From the NCBI RefSeq assembly GCF_000142905.1, contig NW_013657635.1:121853-185852 (forward strand): a stretch of 64,000 bases of DNA. Direction: 5' to 3'. The first letter of the stretch is position 1; each line of letters opens with the position of its first letter. The notes beneath the pieces were generated by a model that was given only the letters and a program-made list of their open reading frames with translations, made no database searches and was not told where the DNA came from. This DNA comes from Thecamonas trahens ATCC 50062. Taxonomy: Eukaryota > Protista > Apusomonadida. Both the position numbers and the translations under genes were made by a program. Below, one piece after another: positions 21,201-33,795 of the stretch.

Positions 21201-24200
21201 TGCTGCCAAGTTTGAGCTCGGCCTCACCGCCTATGAGGCCATGGCCACCCTCTACACCACCCTCGAGCACATCAACGACCGACCTGACTTCCACGATGAC
21301 TACGCGCGCGTTTTGCAAGAGCTCCGCTACCACCTCAATTTGCTCAAGGATCGTACTGTTGCCCAAGACGCCACCCGCCTTGACATGTACGTCACCTACA
21401 TTGGCGAGCTCGCTACCGAGCTCGGTACCATCATCGAGACTGAGGCCGAGGCCTGTGACGTTAATGGCTCATGGGCCGCCCTCGAGGCCGAGGCTGGCGA
21501 CTTTGCTCGTGCCGTCCTCGCCCTTCAGGACATCGCTGCGAGCGTGGGCGAGAACCCCGACACCTCCGGCATTGCACGCCTCAAGACCGAGACCTGTGAT
21601 GTGCTCGACGCGCTCGACTCGATCCACGTCTCACGGGCGCACTTGTTTGTGATTGAGGACGTTCTCGACGCATCTGCACTGGTCCTCGGCCACATGCGTA
21701 GTGTTCTTGACGCCGCCACCGATCTGCCGCTTCTCGCCTCTGATGATGGCGAGCGGATGCTGTTCGAGGCCAACCGTGCCATCGACCGCCTCTCGACCAC
21801 CATGCGCATTTACTCGGTCAATCCGAGCAATGTCAGGCACCAGGACATAGCCATGCAGGCTGCGCGCAAGGCCGTCCGCAAATTTGGTGCACTCCTCGAT
21901 GGCATCCTCGTTCCGCTCGGCGCCGCCATCGCCGAGGGCTCCAAGCTCTCAGCATCCGACGACGGAGCGCTTCTTGCTGCCGAAGTTGCCCACGGCTCAC
22001 TCGCCCAGCTCAAAGAGGCGCTCTCCGTCGCCGCCATCGACTGCTGGCCGCTTGATGTCAACTCTGCTATCCAGGTCATCCACAACGAGATCCAGGCCAT
22101 CAACGCCGCGCTAGACAAGGTCGCCGATCCGAGCGTCGGGCTCAACCCTGCCCCCGGTGACCATCATTCGGAGTTTGAGTGGCAGGCCGAGCTGCTCCGC
22201 TCGGTCCGCTCCATCCCCAAGGAGGTTACCGACATTCGCGACACCGCCATGACGCTGACTCCGGCCGAGTTTGCGCTCGACTGCAAAGACGTCGCCGCCG
22301 AGGTCACCATCCTCGCTGAGGCCTCCATCGGCATGGCCTCGTATTCGACCACCCGTCAGGCACAGTACTCGCTACTCACCGCCGCCCGTGCCTTTTGCAC
22401 CGACGCCATCGAGCTCATCGAGTGCGCCCAGACCGTTGTCCGCGAAGGCAATGACCCGTACGGGTCCGAAACTGCAGTGGCTGCTGCGCTCGCCCTTGTC
22501 CTTTCCGCCCTCGACGAGCTCATGCTCTGCATTCCAGGCATTGGCGACACTCGCCGCCTCGTCCGCAAGCTGGAGGGCGAGGCAACTGAAGTCTCTTCCC
22601 AGATCCGCCTGGCGTCGCAGCCCAAGGTGGCCCAGTTTGGCGACCTCGCTTCGGCGGCGTCGGACCTCGCCTCGGCACTCGCCGCGCTGGCGGACATTCC
22701 GGCAGCAGCTCCGTCACCGCTCACCGGCCTTCAGGCGAGCACGTCCTCGTCGGGCCGCCGCGGATCAATCATGGCCACATCGGGACTGGCTGCACTGGCG
22801 GGCGAGTCGAGCACGTCTGTCCAAAAGGCCGACACCTCGCCGCTGGCCATGATGGAGCAGGAAGTGTCTGCCGCTGGCCGAACACTCGCGGCGTTGGTCT
22901 CATCGCTCGACCGCGCGGCGCTGGCCTCACCGTCGGCGCTGGCCCACGCTGTCTCCCGAGTCAGTGCCATGGCCGACGTTATCTACCGCGCCGCCGCGGC
23001 ATCGGTCGCCACTCCTGAGCTCGCCGACAGCGCTCAGTCCATCAATGCTCCACTGCTCTCGCTGCTGCAGTCGACGCTCGTCGCGCTTCGCGACGCTGCT
23101 GACATTGCTGTCGATCCGACCGACGATGAAGCTCGCGCTCGCTTCCGGCAGAACGACGTTGCTGGCTCCATCGCCACCCTTCACATGACGTACAAGGAGC
23201 TAGCGGCACCGAATCCAGAGGCGCAGTCGAAGGAGCTCGACAAGGCGCGGACCATGATTGACGGCGCCTTGGCAAAGCTGGCTTCCTACAAGGACGATTG
23301 TTCTGGCGGCAACGAGCTAGCTTCTGTCGACGACAGCGAACAGGACGTTCCTGTGGCCCAGGCCGCGCTGGAGCTGCAGGATCGAGTGCTGGCTTCGACT
23401 GCCGAGCTTCAAACGGCGTCACAGGCTCTGGCCAATGTGGCCGAGGTCTCGCCTGATGACTACGCCTCGGCCGTCTCGCGTGTCGGCCTCCTCACCACCA
23501 AGACCATCAACTGTGTGCTGGCCACGGCGCAGCATCTCAAAAGCAGCGTGGCAGCCAAGGCGGCAGCCAGCGCGGCAAAGCATGCTGTCATCTTTGGTGC
23601 CAAAGTGGTGGAGAAGGACGTGGCGCTGGTGGCCCAGGCGTTGTCTGGGCTCTCGGGCGTCGACCCGCACAAGGGCGCGCTACTCACCCGCGAGACCCAG
23701 CACCTGACCGCGGCGACACATGATTTGCTCATCCACAACAAGCGCGTCTTACGCAAGCTCCCTCTTCAGGACAAAGCCAAGCGACAGCGGGTCCAGCGAT
23801 GGGGAGCTTCGCTCAAGGCCGCCGAGCGTGCAGTGCGGCGGGCGTCCAAGGTGCTGCGGCTCTCTCCAGACTCGGACCGGGCCAACGAGGCGCTCAACGT
23901 GCGGGTCGCCGAGTTTTCGGCCGCGCTCGCCGACTATGTCGAGTACATGGGTGTTCTCGAGCTGGCCGAGTACGACCACGCTGCGGCGGTGGTCGCCAAC
24001 ATCAAAGATGCGCTCATCGACGAGACCATCGAGGTCGCGAACCTGCAGACCTCGCTGCTGGTCACGTCGCAGCTGGTAGTGGCCAACCCGACCCACGCAG
24101 CCGCGCACCGCAACATGACTGCAGCGCTCGGTGAGTCGGTGCGGGCGCTTCAATCGCTGCACGAGACGGCCGCGCTTGTCTCGCCGGGCCAGAAGGAGTG

Positions 24201-26967
24201 CGTCTTTGCGATCGATCACGTCGAAAAGTGCGCCCAGCACATGCAGCGGTTCCTGGCGCAGTTTGCCCGCGACGCGCTCCCACCGTCAACGACCTCGAAC
24301 TATGGCAAGTGCCTCGACCGCCTGCTGGCCCACCTCAACGTGCTCGAGGCCGCGGCATCCGAGCTGGCCACACAGGCGACGAGCTCGGCAGAGGGTCTCG
24401 GTGCCGCGGCGCTGCACTTTGCCGAGCTCGCGGATCCGCTGCGGGTCCTGTCCCTCGACGCTGCAGTAACGTGCGGCTCGGCCGAGCTCGGCCTTCGGAT
24501 TTTGCGCGAAGCGCGCGACATCCCACTGCAGGCGGTGCCGTTTGTCAAGGCCTGCCAGACATGCCGTGGAGGCGCGGTGCCGGCTGACGTGGCCGACGAA
24601 GCCACACCAGCGGCACTGCTTCACCTGTTCCAGGTCGAAATTCATGAGCTGCGGGAGGTGCTGGAAGCCGATCGCGCCGAGCGGCACTCGCTGGCCACAC
24701 TGCGGGCGTTGGTGGAAGCGTCGAATGCCAAGCTGGCAGCCGCTGCTACCACCAGGCATGATGGCGAGCGGCCACGTGGACCGCGACTGACATACGGCAA
24801 GTACGTGGCCCGGATCAAGGCCGCCTTTGCAGACTTTCTTGTGGTCATCAAGAAACTGGTGACCATGGCAAACGCGCACGCCAAGCGCGATGCGGTGCTC
24901 GAGGACGAGGAGTTGGCTGTGTTTGGAGTCCACGCAGCGGCCCTGGGCAAGGTCTTCCCACCCATTGTGGATGAGGTCGCGGGTTGCATTGCCGTGACCA
25001 GCGACAAGAAGCTCCAGGACGTGTTGGCTCAGGCCGGCGCAGATGTTGGCACCCAGCTCCTCGCCTTTGTTGATGAACTGATGGCGCTGCAGGCCCGCGA
25101 CGTCGAGGCAAGTGCAGTTGTGAGCGCCTCTTCGGGAGTTTCAATTGCACTGGCACGCTTGCTCCAAACCGTTGGCCGCGGTGAGACCCCGAAGCGGGTG
25201 TTTGAGTCAGCCTGTTCCGAGATGGCGGCGGCGACGAGCTCGCTGCGAACAGCAACCTACATCCTCAACGCGGTCGATCAAGACGAAGTCGGTGAGGCCG
25301 AGAGCCTCGAGAGCGGAGACCGCGGCGGTGCCGACGAGCAGCCGGCAACGTTTGGTGAGTGCATGGTCGAGGTGGCTGCGCGACTCCGCGAGTCGCGAGG
25401 CCAGGTGGCGACAGCGCTTGCAGCCAACAAGATCGACGACGAGAGCGCGGCTGTGGTGGCGCGCGAGGTTGCACGCCGCCACGAGGCGACCATGGCCACG
25501 CTCAGCTTTTCGCTATTGCTCCTTACCTCGGTCGCTGAGCGCAATCGGGTGGCCGAGGTGGGAACTGACGCGGCGAAGGCGCTTGAAATGGCGCTGCAGC
25601 TATTGGGGAGCAAGAACCACGCTGCGGGCGCGAGCAAGGCGCTGGCGGCGGTCGACAAGGCATTGGGAGCAGTGGAAAAGGCGGCGGACGAGTGCGGACA
25701 CGCCGAGGCTCAGGCCCGCGACGAAGTGGTGGCGATGGCAGCCGAAGTGGCCGCAATCCGAAGCGATGCCGTCAAGCTGGCAAGCGGGTACGCGAGTGGC
25801 AGCTCTCAGGTCTATCTTGTGCAGGTGGTCGACGCGCTCAAGTTTGGGCGGCATCTGGTGCAGAAGCTGCTGTACGAGTCGGAAGCGCTTGTCTGCAAGC
25901 CACTCAAGCTTGTGGGCGAGGTCCGCAGAGTCGTTCGCAACTACGCCGAGACGGTGACCACGCTTGGCGAGGCGCAGTGCTGGCTAGCGTCTGACGAGCA
26001 CGCGACGGCTGTTGCTGATGCCTTGACTGTGCTGGGTGGGGCGGTGGAGGGAGTAGTCGGCAAGGTGTTTGACGGTGACGAGGTGCGGTCGCGGATGGCG
26101 ACAGCGCATGCGACATCGGCAACGCTGGCGATGCGGGCGCTGACGACCACCCAGTATGGACCAGTGCGGCTTGCGGCCGACGAGGCGATCGCAGCCGCCG
26201 CCGCAGTTTCCAAGCGAGCCAGCATGGCTGGCGGCGAGAGCGGTCTCGCCGGCGGAGACTCGGACGCAGTCTTTGCGGCTGAGTTACAGGCGCTCGTCGA
26301 TGAGATGGAAAAGGGCAAAGTGGTCCTTGCCAAGATCCACCTTGCTGGTGACGGCGGGACTGAGGTTGATGTGGAGCGGGAGAACTTCAAGTCGATTGCG
26401 CTGCGGTGCTGTGGTGAGATGGCCGATGCATGTGTGACGCTCGCGCGGGTGGTGGTTATTGCGTTGGAGGAGACGATGCCGTCCGACGAAGAGCGCGAGG
26501 AGCTACTCATTGCGCTTTATGCGGTGAGCGCGGCAGTGACCCAAATGACCACAGCCATGGTGCTGTTTAGCGAGGGCGCACCGGCCAAGGCGCTCAGCAG
26601 GGCGGTTTCGGTTGTGTCCGAGGCGGTGATGTCGTTGGTGGCCGACGCGCTCCGTGAGCGGACCCAGTCTGCAGCCGCAGGCTCGGTCCGCAAGGCGGCA
26701 TCAATGGTGGGCTCGGCGTGTGCCACGCTCTTGCAGGCAGTCGAGGTCTACACCACGCCGGCGAGCAAGATGGTGCGGGAGGATGTCAGCAACGCAAGCG
26801 GAGGCGCCAGCGGCGGTCTCGCACTCGCCGGCGCCACCTCGGCCGAGGCCGCAAACGTCTCGGAGATGATCCGCCGCAAGGCCGAAATCGAGCGGCTCCA
26901 GCGTGATATCCAGACGCTGAAAGAGAACAAGGTGCGGCGGCGGGCTGCCGCAGCCGGAGCGCGATGA
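18285..26967 (+). CDS. TLN: Talin-like protein (FERM head plus helical rod, about 2,890 aa); apparent frameshifts at about 18780 and 21062
   Basis: FERM F0-F3 motifs: LRTVLIDESWRV..IGSVLGLRAPDEYSL, WLRGAQTLPEQRI, LHFKKKLFF, YVKLCRASKFFG. Rod motif SPGQKECVFAID (cf. talin APGQKEC). C-terminal dimerisation-like helix EMIRRKAEIERLQRDI. Three consecutive ORFs join by single-base additions in homopolymers. Confidence 0.85.
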
Positions 26968-27049
26968 GAAGGCGAGTAAATGGCGAGCTACCGCGAAGAA
27001 GGCGGCCACAGCGTGCACCACGTGTCTTGCCCGTGGCCGCCAGGACAGA

Positions 27050-28927
27050 ATGGGGCGATCGCGGCGTGGGCGGAGCGGGGTCAAACCCAAACGAGCGAGA
27101 TGGTCAGTGTGGCGGTACATGGCTGTGATCCGGAGTCTACTTGCGGTTGTACTGGCATACACGGCGTGGCGCGGACTGCAGCGTGCCGGATGGACGTGGG
27201 GCGTGTCGTCCTTTCACCCGCGAACGGTGGGCTCCTGCGACGGATGTCCGGGTGGAAGCGGAGCCGGGAGCGAGAAGCGGGCAGGCGAGGCGTGCGGCGG
27301 CATGCTATGCGCGGTGGTGAACATGCTGACATGGCGCATGAGCTCGTGTCCTTCTCGGTTGGCCCTCTCGCCGAGCACCATGGCCTCGGTGGTGGCCGGC
27401 GAGATGCTGATGCTGCTGGCGGCGGCGGCGACGGCCGGGTGGGCGGCGGTGCGGGGAAGCCAGGAGGCGCTGATGGGCAAGGTCGAGCGGTGGTCCTGGG
27501 GCCTGGCTGGCCTGGCCATGGCCTGGCTGTTGGTCCAGGACGTGGCCATGTACAACAACCATGAGTACCTGTACGCACTCCTCGCCGTTGTCTTTGCCCT
27601 TGGCGGCGACAGCGAGATGGCGGCCGAGGCCGAGGCTCTCGCCATCGCTGCCCTCTGCGCCACTGTTTACGGCTGGGCCGGCCTGATCAAGGCCACCACG
27701 CCTGAGTGGCGGGAGGAGGTCCTGGCCGCCCAGCTGATCATGAGCCCGGACGTACTGGTGCCGCTGCGGACGGTGCTGGTGCCGTCGGTGGCTGTGACGG
27801 CCGGCGTCGCCTGGGGAGGCCTCCTACTGGATCTGGTGTGGGCGCCGGGCCTCGCGGTGCTGTTTATGGCCTCGCGATGGAGCGAGCCTGCCGCAAAGGT
27901 GCTGAGTTGCGGGCGATGGGCGGGCTGGACGGTGGCGTCGCTGCCGATCGTCGGCTTCCACGTGGTGAACAAGCTGACGCTGCCGATCGGCGAGTTTCCG
28001 CTGACGATGGTCATCCTGCACGCGGTGCAGCTTGCGCCACGACCGCCACGACCGCTGCAGCTGGGCGAGCGCCTGCGCGGACGGGCAGCTGTGCTGGTGG
28101 CGCTGTTGGTGGTCGTCAACGTGGTGGCGGGCATACAGCAGTCTCGGGCGGACTTTTGGCGGCGGGAGGAGACTCGGTTCGGGTGGATGATGATGATGCG
28201 CGCGACGTCGCGGCCGTACTTGGAGCTGGGATGGGAGGACGTTGAGACGGGCCAGCGATGGCGACACGACCCGGTTGCGAGGGAGTGGACGACGTTGCGA
28301 CAAGCTCGCAAAATGGCGTTTGACCCGGCGATACTGCGAGCGTATGCGGTTTACGCTGAGGCCGAGATGGCGGCGCGAAGCGGGCGGCGCGTGCGGCTGG
28401 TGGTCCTCGAGTCGTGGGCGGGCGTCAACGGCTCCCCGCTGCAGCGCTTCTACTCACACAGGGGCCGACCAGTGCTCAAAGTGCCGAGAGACGACTTTGT
28501 GTCGCAAGCGATTAGTGCGTACGACAACAGTGAGAGCCGGGGCATGATGCTGGGAGCGTTGCGCGCGGCTATGCTGCGCCAAGCCGGCAAGCCGGTCTTT
28601 GTGGCGCTGGAGGCCGGCGACGGGCCGCGAGTGGTGAGGTTTTCAGTTGACTGGGCCGGCGAGGACTGGTCGAGTGGGGCGGATGTGCTGCAGGCCTGCG
28701 GTCGGGATGGCGTGGCCTGGATAGGCGGCGCGCGGGTGGGCAGCGGCGAGTGTGTTGCGCTGGCAATGGAGTTGCCGCTGGAGTTGTGGGCGGAGAGCAA
28801 GTCGGCGTTGGTCGAGTTTGGGTGCGGCACGACGTGGCTCAACTTTGAGCCTGTGGTGATCGACAGCACGACTGGGTTTGAGCTCGATGCGAACGATGCC
28901 GAGCTACTCGCCGCCGTAAAGGATTGA
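27050..28927 (+). CDS. HTTM-domain / vitamin K-dependent gamma-glutamyl carboxylase-like membrane protein
   Basis: YNNHEYLYALL (GGCX WNNHSYLYGLL), VYGWAGLIK, FHVVNKLTLPIGEFP, RFGWMMMMR and WAGVNGSPLQRF occur in GGCX/HTTM order. Confidence 0.85.
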   Translation: MGRSRRGRSGVKPKRARWSVWRYMAVIRSLLAVVLAYTAWRGLQRAGWTWGVSSFHPRTVGSCDGCPGGSGAGSEKRAGEACGGMLCAVVNMLTWRMSSCPSRLALSPSTMASVVAGEMLMLLAAAATAGWAAVRGSQEALMGKVERWSWGLAGLAMAWLLVQDVAMYNNHEYLYALLAVVFALGGDSEMAAEAEALAIAALCATVYGWAGLIKATTPEWREEVLAAQLIMSPDVLVPLRTVLVPSVAVTAGVAWGGLLLDLVWAPGLAVLFMASRWSEPAAKVLSCGRWAGWTVASLPIVGFHVVNKLTLPIGEFPLTMVILHAVQLAPRPPRPLQLGERLRGRAAVLVALLVVVNVVAGIQQSRADFWRREETRFGWMMMMRATSRPYLELGWEDVETGQRWRHDPVAREWTTLRQARKMAFDPAILRAYAVYAEAEMAARSGRRVRLVVLESWAGVNGSPLQRFYSHRGRPVLKVPRDDFVSQAISAYDNSESRGMMLGALRAAMLRQAGKPVFVALEAGDGPRVVRFSVDWAGEDWSSGADVLQACGRDGVAWIGGARVGSGECVALAMELPLELWAESKSALVEFGCGTTWLNFEPVVIDSTTGFELDANDAELLAAVKD

Positions 28928-29827
28928 GCGTGAGGAGAGGCGATGCGAGAGTGGGTCGGCGCGGGTGAGGGCGGCAGCCGCGGACGAGGCTGCCGACGCT
29001 GCCGCAGCGCGCTGGCGAGCCTTGAGCGGCGAGACCGGCGGCTGGCGGAGGAGCCACGTGGTGCGGGCGCGGTTGAGGTCGTCAGCGACCACCGAGGTGC
29101 GGACCGGGAGCGACGGCGCCGAGCCGGAGAGCAGCCGATGGCTGAGGGTGGCATGAGAGGTCAGCGTGCGGCGCGGCTTGTCCGAGACAATCGACGCGGC
29201 CAGCGAGGTAGCGCGGGCAGCGTCCCTCAGCGATTTCCCACCTTGCCGCCGCTCACGAGCCTCTAGCGTCACCTGGGCCTCCTCCAGCGGGGTTAGGCGG
29301 GCATGGACGACCTGGAGCGAGGCCGGTAGCGATCTGCGCGCCGGCGGCGACGAGAGAGCAACGCGGGTAGCAGGCGATGGGCGGCGGGGCAGCTGCTTGC
29401 CCTGCGACAGCGGCCCACTAGATGAGGCCGGAGCCGACGCATAGGCGGCGGAGTGGTGGTTTGCGACGAGACTCGGGGCGACGACCGACGGCAGATCGGC
29501 CAGTGGAGTGTGGGCGAGGGCAGCCGCGGCGGCGGCCGCGGAAGCCTTGGCCTTGTCGGCATGGAGCGAGTGCGAGACAGCAGCAGTGAGCGATCCAAAT
29601 GGCGGAGGACAACGATGTGCCGGAATGACGAGCGGGGCAGTGAGCGGGCGCAGCGGGCGCGGCGGGAGCGATGACGGCGGCGGGCGGCGGGCTGCGGCGG
29701 TGGACGGGAGGGCGGACGGAGCACGGGTGGCGGCACTGGCACTGCGACCGAGGCCAGACGGTGGGTGGAGGGTGAGTGCTGATGGAGGTCGCCGGTGCCC
29801 GAGTGGGCGGGTGGCGGAGATGTGCAT
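28904..29827 (-). CDS. Hypothetical low-complexity Ser/Pro/Ala/Arg-rich protein
   Basis: 307-aa ATG-initiated ORF filling the space between the HTTM and kinase genes. No recognisable domain. Confidence 0.4.
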   Translation of the reverse strand: MHISATRPLGHRRPPSALTLHPPSGLGRSASAATRAPSALPSTAAARRPPPSSLPPRPLRPLTAPLVIPAHRCPPPFGSLTAAVSHSLHADKAKASAAAAAAALAHTPLADLPSVVAPSLVANHHSAAYASAPASSSGPLSQGKQLPRRPSPATRVALSSPPARRSLPASLQVVHARLTPLEEAQVTLEARERRQGGKSLRDAARATSLAASIVSDKPRRTLTSHATLSHRLLSGSAPSLPVRTSVVADDLNRARTTWLLRQPPVSPLKARQRAAAASAASSAAAALTRADPLSHRLSSRSILYGGE

Positions 29828-29971
29828 GGTGATGGGGGTGGGGTGTGGCTATGGGGGGAGGCGTGGCGGTGGCGGTGGCGGTGGCGGTGGCGGTGGCGGT
29901 GGCGCCAACGGCGAATTGCCTGCGCGGACGGACAGGCCGGCGGGCGGCGGAGGAGGGGAGGGTTCCGGTTT

Positions 29972-32900
29972 TTAAAGGCGCATGCGGGCAAGGAGAATCT
30001 GGATTTGGGCCTTGTAGATCCACGGCTGGCCCTCGCCGCGGGTAAACTTGATGCCGAGGAGCGACATGCGGCGGAGGCGGCAGATCTCGATGGTAAAGCT
30101 GAGGTCGTCTTGGTCGGCGAGGGCTAGCTTGCAGTCGTAGACATAGTTGGAGAGGGTAAAGTCGACGGCGCAGTCCTCAAGGGCATCGGCAATGCATGCA
30201 CAGGTGTCCTTGAGCGAGCGGGTTGTCGTTGTCTCGACCGAGAACGGCCCGCGGACGGCACGGAGCTCGGGCATGTTGGGCGAGGTCGGGGTGCCCTCGC
30301 CCAAGGCGGCCGCCTGTTCGGCAGCGCGGCGCTCGGCCATTGCTTCCCATCGCCCGGGCGCAGTGAGCATTCCTTTGGGCGCGCCAGTCGAGCGCGCGTA
30401 TTCGAGAACGCGTGGCGAGAGCGAGAGCTGGAGCTGGGCGTCGACGGCGGTGTCGACCGGAGGTGTGGGTGTGGCCGACGTTGGCCGGCTCGTCTTGCCG
30501 CCAGACGGTTGGTCGCCGGACGGCGGCGGCGAGGCCGCTACCACAGAATCAGCCGGTGGCGACTGGGCCTCGGCCGCTTTCGGCATGTACCGCACCGTGT
30601 TGGAAGGTCGCCCTCGGAGTCTTCAGACTTGTTGAGCGGCGCGAAGCGGACAGCGGACCAGTCGATGGACGAGACCGAGTTCTCGAATGAGGAGGCCGAG
30701 ATGGCGCGGGCGCGGGTACGAGTACCTGCGGCGCGGATGTTCGCAACGGCGATGCTGGGCGGAGGATGGGGAGCGACGGCCTCCGAGATCGGCGTCAGGC
30801 TCGATACCGGGCTCATGGTTTTGGGTGAGCGCGAGCGCGACGACGAGACCGACAAGGTCGACGGCGGCGGGTTGTGCGGGAACGCCGTGCTGGCTGGCGT
30901 GGGGCGTCGGGCAGCGCGGGCCTGGGCGCGGACCTGCTTGCGGACCCGAATGCGGGTCCGGCGCTTGACATGCTTTTTGTGCTTGCCGGTCTTGCCCGGT
31001 GTCGCGACCGGTGAGTCGAGCTCGCGGCCGCACGACGGCGAGCCCGACGACGACGACTTGGTCCGTGAGCGCGATGCAGCGGCCGGCCGGGTCTTGTCGA
31101 GGTCAAGACGCGGAAGTGCTGGAAGGGTGGGCGTCGTCGCGCTCACCGCCGACGCAGTGGCGGCTGACGCGTCTTTGGCTACCGAGTCCGAGTCGGAGGC
31201 GTTGGAGCCGGCCGACGCAACCGAAGTGACGGATGCCACCGAGCCGAGCGTGGTCGACGACGAGAATCTCGAGTGCGAGCGGGTGGCCGAGACAGAGCGT
31301 CGGCGCGAGCCCGAACCCGAGCCGGAGGTTGAAAAGGTGCGGACGCGAACGTGCGACGATGACGAGCCGTACGATGAGTACGAGTTGCACGAGGCCGTGC
31401 TAGGACCAGAGCCAGAGCCAGAGCCATAGCCATGAAGCGAGCCGAGCTCCGCGTCGCGAGCAGCGGCGGCCGCGTTGGCGGCAGCGCGGCGCTCGCAAGC
31501 GAGATGATAGACGGCGGCGTGGAGGCACGGCTCGTTGTGGAGAAGGGCATGAGTGACCTCGAGGGTGGAAAAGCCGTAGCCGGCAAGCTCGACGAGGATT
31601 GAGTGCTCGGGGGCGACGACAGGCTCGCGGTGCGGAAGATGGGTGTCCGGCGGACCGGAGTAGCCCTCGAGAATCCACGGGTGGTTGGCGATTTCGTCGA
31701 GCGAGAAGCGCTGGGTCGGGTCGACAGTGAGCATGCCGGCGATGAGGGCGTTGACCCCGTCCGAGAGCTGCGGCGGCTGGTAGAACTCGCCCTTGCGGAT
31801 GAGCGAGTAGAGGGTGGCCACGTCTGGGTGGTCAAAGGGAAGTGAGCCGGTGACCATAGCGTAGAGGGTGACGCCCATGGCCCAAATGTCGACGTGCGGG
31901 CCAAGGTAGGGCTGGGCAGAGAGGAGCTCCGGGGCGGCATATGCCGGCGTCCCGCACGCGGTCTCCAGGACCTCATGCGGGCGGAACTCGTTGACAAAGC
32001 CAAAGTCGACGAGCTTGACGTTGACCTCGTCGTCGAGCAGAAGGTTCTCGAGCTTAATGTCGCGATGGGTGAGATAGTTGCCGTGGCAGTAGGCGACAGC
32101 CGAGACGAGCTGGCGGAAGAGGCGGCGGGCCTCGGCCTCGCGAATGCGGCCGCGGGTGACGATGTAGTCAAAGAGCTCGCCACCAGAGACGTACTCCATC
32201 ACCATGTACACGTGATCGACGGTGACTTGGACTTCGCGGAGCGAGGCAATGTGCGGGTGTGAGAGTAGGTTGAGCACCTTGGTCTCACGCGAGATGCGAA
32301 CCGTCTCGGACTGGACCTGCGGGGTGAGGACCTTGACCGCCACCAGCTCGCCGGTTGTCGCCATCTTGGCGAGCTTGACGAGCGAGTACGAGCCGCGGCC
32401 GAGGGTGCGCAGAAACTGGTACTTGCGCGAGAGGATCCGCGGGGTGACGAGCCGCCGCGGCGAGGGCAGGTCCAGCGAGCGCGGCGAATGCATCGACGCC
32501 AGTTGCTGCGTCCGCGACCCAACGGTGTAGCCCGATGAGTCCGAGACAAAGGAGGAGAGCGACTCAAACGAGGCCTTGGCCCCGTCCGGCCGCGAGGCAC
32601 TCCCGTCGCTGCCCCGGCCGCCGCCCTGCCCACTGTGCGCAGCCTGGATGCGGGCGAGATTCGCTGCGGTGAGCGCAAGGCGCGGAACCGGTGTCCGCTG
32701 ACGAGCTGCCGGCGAGCGGATGCCAGTAGCAGTAGCAGCAGCAGAAGGAGGTTGTACGCCATGGGCATAGCAGGGCGACTGGCCATGGCCAACAGCGAGG
32801 CCGTGACCGTTTTGAGAAAGAGCGTAACCAGCCGGCGAGCCTTGCAGACGGGAGGCAGGCAAGAGCGAGGCGGAAGCATGTGCCGCGACCATATGAGGCT

Positions 32901-33297
32901 CCGCAGAGGCACCTGAGTGGTCCGAGGCCAAGGTAGCGACCGAAGGCGAGGCCGAGGACGAGCCGTGAGAAACCGCTGTTCCAGAGCCTGACGAGGCGAC
33001 GAGGGCGTCGTCCGAGGCACCAATGGTGGAGGGAGCAGGGCTTGTGACCTCGTCTGTGGAGAAGGTCTCCCTTGTAGGCGACCATGTCATACCTTGTGTA
33101 CTTCCAAAGCCCGAGCCACTTCCACCATCCCCTCCTCCTCCACTCCCTCCCCCAGCCGAGCTCACCGAGACCGACCGCAGCCTTCCCAAACTCTCACTTG
33201 CCGCGGCCGCATGAGCCTCACCACCACCACCACCACCACCACCACCACCACCACCACCACCTGCCCAACCTGCGGCTTCTGTCTCTATAGATGCCAT
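29972..33297 (-). CDS. MARK/PAR-1/Kin1-family (AMPK-related) Ser/Thr kinase with UBA and C-terminal KA1 domain; apparent frameshift at about 30604
   Basis: GRGSYSLV, VAVK, HRDIKLEN, DFG and LETACGTPAYAAPE, followed by a UBA-like segment. ORF 29972-30595 encodes KA1 (LRAVRGPFSVETTT...FTIEICRL...GIKFTRGEGQPWIYK). Confidence 0.9.
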
Positions 33298-33723
33298 TGT
33301 ATCCCCCCTCACAAACACGCAAGGAAGAGACTCTAGCCTTTCCCCCAACTGTCCAACCTCGTCTCCTCCCCGTGGAGTTGACGCGGTGGCGTGTTGCACC
33401 CTCTCTGTCTTGTCCCTCCCCCCTCCGTCCCCCCCCCTCCTCCCCCCCCCTCCCTACCCGTTCACCGAACGAACGAATGACATGTCATTTCCTCGTGCGA
33501 ACTGCTGGCACATACATCACCATACGAACAAACGTTGATGCAGTACCTTTGTGGTGATGGTCATGATGATGGTGGTGGTTGTGATCATGGTTGTTTGTAT
33601 CTGGGTGGGTGGGGATATGGGGGAGGGGGGGGGGTGGGGTGGGAGGGGAGGGGGGGGAGGGGAGGGGAGGGGAGGGGAGGTACTCGTCTTCTGCTGGGTG
33701 TTGCTTGGGTAGAAGAGTTCACC

Positions 33724-33735
33724 ATGGTATGTACC

Positions 33736-33795
<60 letters not shown>

